Part shown: positions 51,170 to 64,000 of the stretch, piece after piece
Layout: each line of letters opens with the position of its first letter
How positions within the stretch are numbered: position 1 is the first letter of the stretch
Assembly: GCF_006345805.1 (NCBI RefSeq)
Contig: NC_043006.1
Coordinates: 73,656,001 to 73,720,000, forward strand
Direction: 5' to 3'
DNA from: Octopus sinensis
Taxonomy: Eukaryota
DNA: 64,000 nucleotides
Notes under the pieces: model-generated
Told to the model about the DNA's origin: nothing
The model's input: only the letters and a program-made list of their open reading frames with translations
The model's database searches: none
Made by a program: the position numbers and the translations under genes

Positions 51170-51880
51170 CTTTCATTCTTTTGTTGTCTTCCGAAATTTT
51201 GCTCGACCCCAGTATGCCATCGGTACTTTATTTATCGACTCCGAAAGGATGAAATGCAAAGTCGACCTTGGTGGAATTTGAACCTAGAACGTAAAGACAA
51301 ACAAAATAGCTATTTCTTTACTACCCACAAGGGGCTAAACACAGAGAGGGCAGACAAACGGATTAAGTCGATTATATCGACCTCAGAGTGTAACTGGTAC
51401 TTAACTTATCGACCCCGAAAGGATGAAAGGCAAAGTAGACAGACAAAATAGCGCTAAGCATTTCGCTCGGCGTGCTAAAGTTTCTTTTCTACTCTAGGCA
51501 CAAGGCCTGGAATTTTGGGCGAGGGGTCCAGTTGATTAGATCAATCCGAGTTAATTTATCGACCTTGAAAGGATAAAAAGCAGGGTCGACCTCGGCGGAA
51601 TTTTAACTCAGGACGTAAAGACAAACGAAACACCGCTTAGCATTTCGCTCGGCGTTCTAATGTTTCTTCTCTACTCTAGGCACAAGGCCCGAAATTTTGG
51701 GTTGGGGATGGGCAGTTGATTAGATCGACCTCAGTACGCAACTGGTGCTCAATTTATCGACCCTGAAAGGAATGAAAGTCAAAGTCGACCTCGGCGGAAT
51801 CTGAACTCACAACGTAAAGACGAAACACAGCCAAGATTTTCGCCCGGCGTGCTAACGTTTCTGCCAGCTCGCTGCCTTGG
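51170..51880 (-). mobile_element. Chain of SINE family 2 copies, including a truncated tail-B insert with a 16-bp TSD
   Basis: Insert 51311-51436, flanked by agacaaacaaaatagc / agacagacaaaatagc. Confidence 0.85.
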
Positions 51881-52647
51881 TTAAAGTGTTTATTAGAATA
51901 CGAATTTTAAAAGGAAACCATATTTTAAAATTAGTAAACATATCAACAATTGCCGTCTAGGCTTTCATTTTGTGACCTCAAAATTGTTTTAAGGGTGTCA
52001 AATTCCCATTCATGTATAGTGAATGACCTACTTGTGTGTGTGTGTGTGTGTGTGTATTAGCATCTTTATTATCTGCATCATTGCAAGGAGGCTACATCAA
52101 ACCTCGACAAAATATTTCAGGTTCTGGCCGCTTTTTCGTTTCTAGATTTAACGATAAAAATGAAAGAAAAATGTTATTTCTCAGTCTGTTTTTGATACAT
52201 ATAAAACAAGATTACATTTCGAAGAAATATAGATAGATACTGTCTGTCTGTCTGTCTGTCTGTCTACAGATAAATAGTCAGCTGACTTCTGCCATGCTGT
52301 AGCACCACCTTGAAGGCTTTATGAGTCGAATAAATCGACCACAGGACTTATCTACTTTGATTGAGCCTCGTACATATTCTATCGTTCTCTTTAGTAAACA
52401 CACCAACATCGATAAGACAGGAAAACTTCATAAGATAGTCGCATTCAGAATTTTTTAAAATATAAAGTCTGTGGAGAGTTAGGGATTCGAACGAACAAAC
52501 GACACCAGAGTTGACGTATGGAAACGATCGACGGAAGACAGGCGTTTAAGGCCGTTAGGCCAAGATGAATTGTAATGAGTAACGTCTGGGAGAAATTTTG
52601 AAAGGATATAGAATAAATAGAAGAGAAAAAAGTTATTATGAGGCGAG

Positions 52648-52765
52648 AGAAATGACCTCTGACTAAGAGGACATCACATTCAGAAAAGACAGAGAGACAA
52701 GAGAATTGACCTCTGACTAAACAAGACGTCACATCCAGAAAAGACAGAGACAAGAAAATGGCCTG
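52648..52765. repeat. Diverged ~54-bp minisatellite, about 2.2 copies
   Basis: aga(a/t)tgacctctgactaa...cacat(t/c)cagaaaagacagaga units at 52648 and 52702. Confidence 0.8.
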
Positions 52766-52985
52766 TAGTCACGTGTGAGCAGCAGGCAGAGGGGAAAGGG
52801 GACAAGAGAGAAGATGAGGGAAAGAAATAAAGGGAGTGAGGAGAAGGGAGAAGGAAAAAGTAGTGAAAGAAAGACGGACATACGGGGGACAACGACGAAG
52901 GAGAGGAAGAGAAATATAGAGGCTTATAGAGGGAGAGAGAGAAAGAAAATAGGCATAGAACAGAGTCGCAGAAATTATATATAAA

Positions 52986-53346
52986 CTAGCACTATGACCC
53001 GGCAGCGCCGGGTCATAGTGCTAGTGCATGCATATACAGCTGCATGCGCACATACACGCGAGTACTGTCCAAATCTCTGACCAATTACATACAGCGAGCT
53101 GGCATTCAATTGGCGTATCAAGTTTCGTTCATTTTGATTGGGTTTTGGATAGAAAATTCACAAAAAAATCACTTCTATTGGTTTTTTAATGGCTTTTTGA
53201 TGGGTGACTGGGGAAATGTAAAGATGTGCACGACATCCTTGGACGGTTTTGAATGACCATAGAAAGTGCGAGCCCTCTAACTGAAAAATTGTGGATTTGT
53301 ATAAAGGACACACGCACAGACATTTTGCCGTTTATATATAGAGAGA
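52986..53346 (-). mobile_element. Non-autonomous Helitron with a terminal hairpin extended into a perfect palindrome
   Basis: 5' A|TCTCTCTATATATAAACGGC at 53346. The 3' end is ...gccgggtcatagtgCTAG|T at 52986. Confidence 0.8.
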
Positions 53347-53893
53347 TGTAAAACCTTACTGTTGTCAAAGGCTGCGTGGCGTTCAATTATTAAATAAAAA
53401 TGAAAAATACATATTAAGTACAGGACATCACCAACGAGCGAAAAATACATAAGCACACACAAGGGACAAGTACGAGACATAATACCAAAAGAAATCTAAC
53501 ACCTCCTCAGTTGTCGACTGTTTATTACTACCTGTTTCTTTGCCTTTCATCCTTTCGGGGTCGATAAATAAAGTACCAGGTGTGTACTGGGGTCGATTTA
53601 ATCGACTGGCCCACTCCCCCAAAATCTTGGGCCTTGTGCCTAGAGTAGAAACGATTATTTCTTATTGTACACACGATGTTATTTTGTTCTGTCCTCGCAC
53701 ACGTTCGTCAGTCTTTTCCTGTAGGTCTATGCTCTGGTACTCCCGTTGAAACCACTAAGACGTCTCGGAAACCAGCTGATGAGAAAATCAGCTGTGAATG
53801 TTCCTTGTATCGTGCTTTTGTCTACACACACTAACAAAAGCACTTCACTTACACACCACACTTTCTGTGTCGCACAACCCATAAAACACACAC

Positions 53894-53944
<51 letters not shown>

Positions 53945-53993
53945 GCACGCACACATGTACATCAATGCTTTCGGAGTGAAATGTTAAAATATT

Positions 53994-54492
53994 GAGTTTT
54001 CTCGAATTTTGTCTTAATTGGGGGTGAAATTGAAAGAAATATATTATGGCATGAGCGAATGGAGTACTTTGAAAAATCTTAGGTAAATTCTAATTGAAGA
54101 AATTGTGTGAGGAGTAAATGGTTATGTATTTATTTGTTTCTGTTTGCTGTGTTTTTTTTATTTTTTGAGTAGTGGTTTAAATACTTTCAGTTTAGTCTTC
54201 CTCAAATCACTCTGTCGCTATTTACTTTCATTTTATTCGTTGCACACTGTGTGTGTGCGTTTGCGTGTGCTGTAAACCAGACTAAGAAAAGCATTTGACA
54301 CACACACCAGAATGTGAGTTTTCTGTAAATTTTGCTTAATTGGAGTTTAAATTTTAAAAACTGGACCTGGCATGACCCGATGCATTCTACTCTTAAAAAT
54401 GCTAGGTAAATTGTAATTGAAGAAATCCTATATTGTAGATTTCTATAACTCCCAAAGGGAGGCAGATAAAATCTGCCTTTTATAATAAGAGA
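53994..54492 (-). mobile_element. Helitron-like 5' portion with a diverged ~110-bp internal duplication
   Basis: A|TCTCTTATTATAAAAGGCAG at 54492. Related units lie at 53994-54103 and 54316-54426. No 3' CTAG end was found. Confidence 0.45.
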
Positions 54493-54564
54493 TTATTTCC
54501 TTTGAAGGTTTTTATTCCCATACAGGCCACTTGATAAGATCGATATTTAAATTAATGATCTTAT

Positions 54565-54603
<39 letters not shown>

Positions 54604-54609
54604 TATGTG

Positions 54610-54743
54610 AAAGCAGCAGCAATGTAACAAAACCGTTACCCGGAGTTTCACGTTCCCGTTCGTCGGACAGTTTTAACAAAACTGTCCGACGAACGGGAAC
54701 GTGAAACTCCGAGTAACAGCTTTTGCAACATTTCTGCTGCTTT
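54610..54743. repeat. Fold-back with a perfect 33-bp GC-rich stem and 3-nt loop, next to (TA)n
   Basis: ggagtttcacgttcccgttcgtcggacagtttt-aac-aaaactgtccgacgaacgggaacgtgaaactcc, plus imperfect outer arms. Confidence 0.95.
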
Positions 54744-54795
54744 TAAATAAAGCATATTACTCTACCTCTGGTACTTGAGTACTCTTTTTTCCACC

Positions 54796-55017
54796 TAGCC
54801 AGGCTCATGGGCCCGGTTTCAATGGTGCATATGCTCCCCAGCTGGACGGGACGCCAGTCCATCATAGGGTCACTCATTTTTGCCGGCTGAGTGGACTGGA
54901 GCAACGTGAAATGAAGTGTTTTGCTCAAGAACACAATGCGTCGCCCGGTCCAGGAATCGAAACCACAATCTTACGATCATGATGCTGATACCCTAACCAC
55001 TAAGCCACGCTCTTCCA
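54796..55017 (-). mobile_element. SINE family 3
   Basis: Reverse complement of the 19085 consensus. Confidence 0.85.
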
Positions 55018-55030
55018 CTATATATATATA

Positions 55031-55111
55031 CAGTGATCCCTCGACTATCGCAAGTGTTCCATTCCAAAACCCCACGCAATAGGTGAAAATCCGCAAAGTA
55101 GAAACAGTAAT

Positions 55112-55115
<4 letters not shown>
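55031..55115 (+). mobile_element. pogo/Tigger-like MITE end; inverted sister copy at 58616-58700
   Basis: TA|cagtgatccctcgactatcgc; its reverse complement occurs at 58700. Confidence 0.7.
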
Positions 55116-55155
<40 letters not shown>

Positions 55156-56443
55156 ACTTACATAACCGTACAGCTGGATATCTATCTATCTATATTTATA
55201 TGCATATAATATTTATATCTGAGGTGGATGGCTGTATACACACGCGCACACACACACACATATACAGTCTTACACACGTATTATAGGCACACAAACACAC
55301 TCACTCGAATGTATTGTACTAATGACGAATTGCGTTGTCTTTTTCTTTTCTTGTTGCTCTTCACCTATGTATGTTTTTGTGCGTGAACAGAGATATAAAC
55401 ACATGTATACGCGCACTCAAACACGCACACATATACATACTACTCGTATTAGTTTTTGACTTCGGTCAAACCATCCCTCTTGTGGTGCTGCGGACCATTA
55501 TACATTCTCTCTGCCTCTTGTATAATTTTCCATGAAACACTTTATTCTCTCTCATTCTTCGGATTACCCATTTTTTCTTTACTAGTTTATCATGTCAAAT
55601 TTTGTAATTTTTTTCCCCCAAAATTGTTATTTGTTCTCAATATATCTACATTCAATTACTTTCTTATAATTGTATTACATAATATATTAGGCTATCCAAT
55701 TTCCTGCAGAATCGAATTATTTGTGCGCAACATCACAATCCAAGAAATACTTGGCATTCTTCTCCAGCAACACGTTCCAATGTCCTCTATTCTTTTGCCA
55801 TCAATTATGTGTATTAGCCAAGTTTCTCGCTACATAAGACATAACTGGTTAAGCAAGAACTTTGATAAATTATTATGCTTGTATCGTTTGTGTTATTCGA
55901 TTTGTCACGTGTGTACTCCGCACGGTTATTAGAGTCAATGCTAGAGCCGTTTTTTTTTATCACTTTTATAAAAAAATTTGACCGTTGACCAAATAATAGA
56001 CAAATTTCCCTTCAAAGCTAGAATAAATAACGGATAAACATGATTTCCTTGTTAAGATCGTTGCTTTGCAATACGTGGTTTCCGGGTTCGGTTTCACTGC
56101 ACAGCACCCCGGTTGAGAACCGCTGCTCTAGAACTACAAATGATGTGTATTCTTCATATATTTCTAGGTTTTTATATCTAACAGGAGTAAAGGAAGGACA
56201 ATACATTGCTAAGAATCATAATCAAAGTAGAAATATGCATTTACAACTGTTCACTCTGCCTAGGAAGTGGGGTGGGAACTAACAAGAAACAAACAACAAA
56301 AAGCTAACACAAAAACAGAAACAAGACACCATAATATTTGAGTGTCCTGTTAATTCAAATGAACTTTTGATTCATTGATATCATCTACCCTTCTAATTCG
56401 GAGTCGTAGTAAGCTCCGTTCAAATATGTGAACGCACCTGAAC

Positions 56444-56716
56444 CATTAGTTCCCAAACATTTTATGCTACTGCCCTCTTGGCTTCCAAGCCACATTCTTA
56501 GCGCCCCACCCTCCCCACCTCAGATATAGACCACTTTCCACAGAAAATTCAAAACAGCTATATTTCACAAATAAAACTTATACCTAATTAACCTGTTAAT
56601 ATTTTTTTACATGTATCACCCCATTTTAGCCACCCCATTATCATCCCACTTTTCTTCAACGCCCCCCGGATCTTTTCACCGCCTCCAAGGAGTACTGCCC
56701 GCTTTGGGAACCACTG
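56444..56716. mobile_element. hAT/Charlie-like MITE with an 8-bp TSD
   Basis: Ends cattagttcccaaac and rc cagtggttcccaaag. TSD acctgaac/acctaaac (7/8). Confidence 0.75.
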
Positions 56717-58789
56717 ACCTAAACCCTTCAACTCAGTGCTCTTACATAGCTGGGTCAATGACTGAAACCATTAAATGCATAACAGATTCAAGTGAAGACA
56801 TTAATTCGTCCAGCTTTCTTGGTAATCCCAAACTGCTTTTCAGACACATACGCATACACACTTGCACATAACATTCACACTAACGTATACGAACACACAC
56901 ATATACATGCGTAACACTCTTATACAGACACACACACATATGTAACATACATGCGAGTGCGTGCACTCAGACAAAAATTAATAAGTCTCGAGAGACAAAA
57001 TTTCATGTTGCAGTCTGCTCATATATGTAGTATATCGACTCTTGTATACACAACACAGATCAGCTCCCCACCTCTCTCTCTCTCTGATTCACAGAAACAC
57101 ACACACACACACAGAGGCAGACATATACATATATGCAGGCATATATACATACGCAGACATGTATACACACGTATGTGTGTGTATGTGTGTGTAAATGAAC
57201 GCATATATACACATGAGGAAGAATCGAATGGAGTTTCACAGCCACATGAAACAACATGTCGAGTGTCGAATGCCAAATAAGATATAGAGTAAAATCTGTT
57301 TAATTCTTTCAAACTTCTCAATGATACGCACCCCAGTGACATCTCGCGGGTTTCTAAGTTAATCTTATAAAATGACAAAAGCTGCAGCGGCTTCCATTGC
57401 TAAGAAAGCCTCAACATGCATTCGAAGCCGTATTACGAGCTCAGACTGCTGGGTATCTACATTTTCCTCCATACACGACCTGACCCCTTAGTGTGACATT
57501 GTGTAAAACCATTTTACGTGTGAAATATAATCCAATCGTGAAAAGCAACAATTTCGAAAATTCACATCGTTTATTCCTACTAAATTCAGAATGAGACGAT
57601 CAAGCTCTGCCGTTTTGATATTTACGTTTCGGTGCATCTGATTGGACGTTCAAACTGTTTTGGTGGCACTACGTTTTGGCACTGGAAGATAATACACACA
57701 AACACACAGAAATATACACATACAGATAGAGGGGGTGAGTGAGAAAGAGTGAGAGAGATATATATGTATATACATAACAATTTAATGAATAAACCCAATT
57801 GACATAATCACTTTTCCTCTCATACATACGAATAGAAATATGCACGCAAACATAATCGGAGAGAAAGACCGAAATAGACAGAGATAAAGAGAGTGTGAGA
57901 GCAAGAGGGAGAGAGCGTGAGAAACATTAAAACGACAAATGTCAAATAAGTCAACGTCTAATCATTGACACAGAAACGGCTGTGTCAAAACGGAGGCGTG
58001 TTAACGTCTAGTATCCCATTAATAATATCTTAAGTCATTGAGTATCTTAAAGGCAATGCCACTGAGACCGAGAGGTTGGTTAATGTTAGTTACTGTTCAT
58101 AATATAATGTAATCATATTCCCCTGTTTTATCATTTAAGTGTACTTTCCTTCAACGACGGCTCAAATGCATTGCCTGTGATAGAGACTATTTTCAGTCAT
58201 TTAGTATCTTTCTTTTTATAGAAGCAAAGTTACTCTGCCAACATGTAGAATTTGAACAGTCTATATCAGTTACAAAAAAGTTATGCTCAATTTTGCATTA
58301 CTTTCAGCACAATCCTCGTACCTATATTCATGCAAGTTTATTAAAAAACAAAACAAAATGAAAAGCAACAAAAACATAAAAGTGTCTGCTTCTTAATTTT
58401 GTTATGATATTTCAAAACGTATTAAAACAGCTAATATTTCAATGGATTACAGGATCGGATTACGAGGTGAATGAACAGAAACATAACTCGGTGTACTGAA
58501 ATAATGGAATAATTTCAGATATAAATCTATTAAAGGATACTTTGCATTTACGTATTGAGATCTGTAATTTATCACTTCTTAGTGACTCAACATAGATTAA
58601 AAAAATATATATATAGTACATTATTGTTTCTATTTCGCGGATTTTCACCTATTGCGTGGGGTTTTGGAATGTAACACCTGCGATAGTCGAGGGATCACTG
58701 TATAATGGTTTCAAACAGGTGGGGAAAAAACGAGAAATCAGTAACTATTAATTGTACCCCAGTTAGCTATTTTGCCCCCCACCTCTATA

Positions 58790-59858
58790 TAGTTATTTCA
58801 AACTTTGGGACCGGGCTAGCAATTTTAGGGCGAGGGAGTAAGCTGATTACATCGACCTCATTGGTCATCTGGCAATTACGTATCGACTTCGAAAGAATGA
58901 AAAGCAAAGTCGACCTTGTTGGCATTTGAACTCAGAGCGTAAAGCTGGCAGGAATACAACGAAGCAATTTGGCCGATGTGCTAAGTATAGATTCTGCCAG
59001 CCCACATACGCAATAAGGATTGAAATATTGGTGGTATACGGCTAGACGATTACGTAACTCGTGTACTTAGCTGGTACTTAGTTTATCGATTCGGTGACGT
59101 AAAGTCGATCTCGGTGAAATTTGATCTTATGACGTAATTAATCGGGAGAAATACTGCTAAGCATTCTGTCCGACATTCTAGCGATTCCGCTAGTTCGGCG
59201 CCTTACACAAACACACACATAATGGTTTCTAATTTTGGCATAAGCCCAGCAATTTCGAAGAAGAAAACAAGTCGATTATAGCGACACCAGTACTCAACTC
59301 GTACTTTTTTCATCAACCCCGAAAGGATGAAAGGGAAAGTCAACCTCGGTGTAAGTTGAACTCAGAATGTAAAGATTGACGAAGCGCTACTGAGTATCTT
59401 TCCCGGCGTGCTAACGATTCTTTCAGATCGTCACCTTACACCCACCCATATGTATAATTGTTTCTACCATAGGCACAAGGCCTGAAAATTTGGGATAGTG
59501 GGACAATCGATTATATTGACCCCAGCACTTAACTGGCACGTAATTTGTCGACCCTGAAATGATGAAAAGCAAAGTCGACTTCGGCGGAATTTGAACTCAA
59601 AACGTAAAAACAGACGAATTACCTATTTCTTTACTACGCACAAGAGGCTAAACACAGAGAGGACAAACAAGGACAGACAAACGGATTAAATCGATTATAT
59701 CGACCCTAGTGCGTAACTGGTACTTATTTAATCGACCCCGAAAGAATGAAAGGCAAAGTCGACCTCGCCGGAATTTGAACTCAGAACGTAGCGGCAGACG
59801 AAATACCGCTAAGTATTTCGCCCGACCTGTTAACGTCTCTGCCAGCTCGCCGCCTTAA
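58790..59858 (-). mobile_element. Same-strand chain of SINE family 2 copies (tail-B junction at 59623|59624)
   Basis: Four or five successive cores, with the junction acagacgaattacc|tatttctttactacgcacaag. Confidence 0.85.
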
Positions 59859-60370
59859 AACACATTCAGTAGAAGAGAGATTACGGTAGCTTATTCAAGC
59901 TATATGCTCAGAGAATATTCGAGCTTAGCATTACGATATAACAAATATTCCTTAATTATACGATACGCTTGCTTCTTGTTTTTCAACGCCATCTCTCTCA
60001 AACTGCTACAGTGAAATGAATAGTATAGAAGTCAGTTATCTAAGCTATAGACAATGTACAGCACCGTTTAGTTTTCATTCATACATCAATGAACAATTTC
60101 TGTAGGGCTTTGTGAGTAAACAAATTACTTAGAAAGGAATCGTCACGAGATTTAAATTAGAAAAACACTGGAAATTTATTTGCTCAGTTCTTGGCTCTTT
60201 GCATTGCTTCGCGCGGCTTTCACAATGTAGTTCTGAAAGCTCCGCACTGAAATGCCCTGGGGTATTTCTTCTCGGTTCTATTGTAGAACTGAAATAAGTT
60301 TTATTGGCTGCTTTCGGCGTACTGTGTGGTATATGTATAGTTTGTGCTCTTTCTATTTTTACTAGTAACA

Positions 60371-60543
60371 GCCATTGGAATGCTGCCATGCTGGGACACT
60401 GATTTAATGGGTTTAGTCGAACGAATCCATCGCTGTGCTTACACTTTAAGCCCAGTACTTATTCCTGTCGGTCTCTTTTGCCGTACCACTAAATGACTGG
60501 GGCGTAAACAAACCAACACCCGTTATCAAGCAGTGGAAATAAA

Positions 60544-60578
<35 letters not shown>

Positions 60579-61230
60579 CGCACACACACACACAAACAAA
60601 CACTCATGTGCGTGTGTGTAAGTCTATGTCTAAATAGTCTCCGTCTATCGAATCATTCACAAACAAAGCATTTGTAAATTACTAAATTAGAAACGAAGAC
60701 ATCTGTCCAAGGTGCCGCGCAATGGGACTGAATTTGAAACTGGGTCACCACAAAGCAAATTTCTGACACACATAACTTTGATATATAATGAACTCAGATA
60801 GAAAAAGTAAATATAAACAAAGAAAAACGCGCAAGCGCATGCGTGATTTCGAGTGTGTTTCTACTGTGGGCTACCTTGCAAAAGTGTATTCCACTGTAGC
60901 CCCTGACTAACCAGTCGTATATCTATGTATATATATGTGTGAGTGTGTATTTGTTTTGTGTGTCTGTGTTTGTCCCTCCAGCCATCGCTTTACAACCGAT
61001 GCTGGTGTGTTTACGTCCCCGTAACTTAATGGTTTGGCAAAGAGATTGATAGAATAAGAACAGGCTTACAAAGAATAAGTCCTGGAGTCGATTTCTTCGA
61101 CTAAAGGCGGTGCTCCAGCAACGCCGCAGTCAAATGACTGAAAAATTATATTTATATATATATATATATATATATACACAAGTATATTCATATATACATA
61201 CATATATGTACATATCTACACACACAGACA

Positions 61231-61270
<40 letters not shown>

Positions 61271-61460
61271 TGGGTACAGGACATTAAAAAACGCGAGAAA
61301 AAAGACGCGGTGGTGCGTGCGAGTTTTGTACGTCTCCTTAACTTAGCTGTTCGAGAGAAGAGATCGACTGAATAAGTGCTGGTGTCAATTTGGTCTAGTA
61401 AACTTCTTCAAGATGGTTTCTCAGCATGGTCGCAATCCAATGACTGAAACAAGTAAGAGA
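60371..61460. mobile_element. Old and young SINE family 1 copies (60371-60770 -, 60875-61142 +, 61330-61460 +)
   Basis: Matches to family-1 tail and head motifs. Confidence 0.7.
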
Positions 61461-64000
61461 AATGATAACAAACTCTCTAAAACCCATAAATTCTCCATTA
61501 ATTGACATTCTGCGACAAGGTTTCGATTCTCGCTTGAAATAATACTCTTCATTTACTTCTATAATACATTTATGATGATCAGGTGTAATTTGATAGAGGT
61601 TTGGCTGCTATTTCTGTTAAATCATGTGACCTCATAGAAGCTCCCATATTGTCTAGAATAAGTTATTTAGCCACAGGTTAGCCCTGATGGAGCAATCCTC
61701 TGATCAAAGGCAGTCCAGCCGTGACCATCCCGTCTTTCTCTCATGTGTATGGAACTCAGGATCATATTACTCCACGTTATCTTCCGAGACGGTCGAGTGA
61801 GATTTGAGGAATATTTCACGGCTATTTCTAGCAGTTCAAATGACCACATAGGAACACCCCTGTTGGCTTGAATATTATTGGGTTGACTATGATGGTGTAG
61901 TGTAGGAGAGCGTGGACTTCCACAAGCTAAATCGGGGTTGGAGTGAATCACGACTGCTAACTCCACCCTTGTCATTTCTACAGATGATTAAACCAAGTTT
62001 TGGTGTTACGTCGTCGAACCTACAAGTAGTTTTACGAACCGGATACATTTACATATCTTGGTGAATGACATAATGTAATGCTTGAGTTATCAGATAGTTC
62101 AAACGACTGACCCCTCTAACCCTTTGACAGCCTGTCCGATGTGTTTACAGACATCTGTGTTATGTAGAATGATTCTTATTTATACTGAAATCAGTTCTCT
62201 CTTTTTTTATCATTACAATATGTAATTTTATTTATAATTTGTCTACTTCTTTTATTGATAAACAACGGCAAACGCAATTAGTTGTAGCAATTATAGCTTA
62301 ATTGCTTTTTATCCAATTCATTCTGGATGGTTAATAGCTGAATAATATGCATTTCAACTGGGAATTAAAATTGACTGGAAGTTTCAAGGTCGCCTACTAC
62401 AAATTGTTTGGTTGCGGTCTAGCGATAAACTGTTTCGTCGCAATATAAATACTTATACACTTTATCAATTTCTTACATAGACACAAAGCCATATATTTGA
62501 TGGGAGCAAACAGATGAATTTATAGATCCAATACTTCAATATTTTATTCTATTAACTCTAAAGGATGAACGGTAATATCGACCTTGGTGACATAGGATAT
62601 CTGAGCGTAGAAACAGCATACATATAGCTTAGTTATGTCACACATTTGCTAATTATTGTTTTATATATTTTCTAGTTATATGTATTTTAGGCTCTTTTGT
62701 CAAAAAAGCACAAAAGCCCCGTATTTCATAGGAGGAAAGTTAATCAGAATAACAAACGGCAAAGGTCAGCTTCGAACTCACAGCGTACAAGTAGCTAACT
62801 TTGATAAGTCTTAGTTACGTAGTTTATAAGCGTATTATTTTGTGGTGAATATTATGGATACACTTTGGTTTCCGTTCGACGAGGCACAAATGCTTCGCAT
62901 TTTATAGAAAGCGGAAATAAGAAATAAATTGCTCAAAAGTTTTCTCCGACGCAATAGTTTCAACAGCGTTCCGCTTTCGAATCGCCCCTAGCTATACCAT
63001 GATGAATAAACGATGACGTTTACTGCATAGTCTTACACCGCACCTCATCCATTTAACATTCTTCCGAATCTCTACTTCCTTCCACCATCTCCTTCGGTTT
63101 TTGTATCACAAACACCATATGGATTTCTAATTTTCCTTTCCAAAGGTTGTTTCTTCCTTTCGCCTCTCTTTTTTCCCTGTTGTTTCTCATACAAGATCTT
63201 GTTTTTGCATTTAACCTCCTCCTTACACCTTGCCAAATATGACCAAAATATTTCCGCTGTCGACTTCGTTAAATAATGGATGATGTTAAAGATTAATTAG
63301 ACAGGTCCGTAATTTCTTAATTGGTTCTTAAATTAGTTTAATCTTATCCGACAAAAAAATTTTCGCAATTTTCGCAAATTTAAATTGTCTGGCAGCTAAT
63401 AAATTTGACGTAAACTATGCAATGATAAACTAGACCAGGAATTCATTTCTGACATCATGAAAACCTAAATCAAAGTATTATGTATGCTGTCATGCTATAT
63501 ATTGTATAAAACTCAATTTGGAGACAGATTAAAATTATCAGCTTGTAAATCTAGGAAAACACATCGGAGTCAACGATCTAAAAATAAATTACTTTAATGA
63601 TAAAAAACATGATGTGGACTAATATAGATAATATTAATTTGAATATTTATAACACCATTTACTATATAGTAGTTGACGTAATTTGTTTTCTTTCTTACAT
63701 GTGCAGTTGAATAATCAGATATTAATGTAAATGCATGTCTTACTTATCAGTTGCGACGGCACATGACCTGGTGCTTAGGATAGTCAATTCATACTCATAA
63801 GATTGTGGGTTCAGCTCCTGAACTAGGTATTGTGTCGCTGACTAAATGACATTATTTCATGTGACTTCAGGTGTAATGAGTACAGAGTGTCTGTGCAGTC
63901 CTGTTTTCATCCAGCTGTCACATCTGATTTTCCGTCGGATGAAGAGAGCGAGGGAGTGTCTATATTTGTTCACGACTACATAGGCACTTGCAACAGTTAA

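Noticed and set aside
60133-60261. Possible 129-nt exon (KGIVTRFKLEKHWKFIC...)
   Set aside because: Weak splice signals and no recognisable homology.
63070-63290. About 70 open codons on the minus strand (..EIFWSYLARCKEEV..)
   Set aside because: It may be a decayed retroelement ORF, but there is no diagnostic motif.

Overview
AT-rich, microsatellite- and SINE-dense eukaryotic DNA whose repeat families look like Octopus (cephalopod) genomic DNA. That assignment is inferred from remembered SINE consensus sequences, not from a search. I can support no intact host gene, rRNA, true tRNA or CRISPR array, and most ORFs in the supplied track are translated microsatellites or SINEs. Recognisable content: (i) a decayed polycystin (PKD1-like/TRPP) pseudogene on the minus strand at about 5.6-9.4 kb; (ii) three tRNA-headed SINE families in dozens of copies; (iii) fragments of Penelope (GIY-YIG), RLE-type and L1/Tx1-type retroelements; (iv) mariner, Tc1-like, pogo-like, hAT and Helitron non-autonomous elements; (v) many fold-back palindromes anchored on (TA)n tracts; (vi) a 100-N gap. 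The main signal is an apparent SINE-targeting retrotransposition system. Two separate L1/Tx1-type elements, one of them a 2.5-kb ORF1-only element, sit at the same nucleotide register in the head of one SINE family and have related 3' ends. A SINE variant whose tail resembles the Tx1 3' UTR sits about 8 times at one site in the head of older related SINEs. Coordinates were counted by eye and may be off by a few bases.
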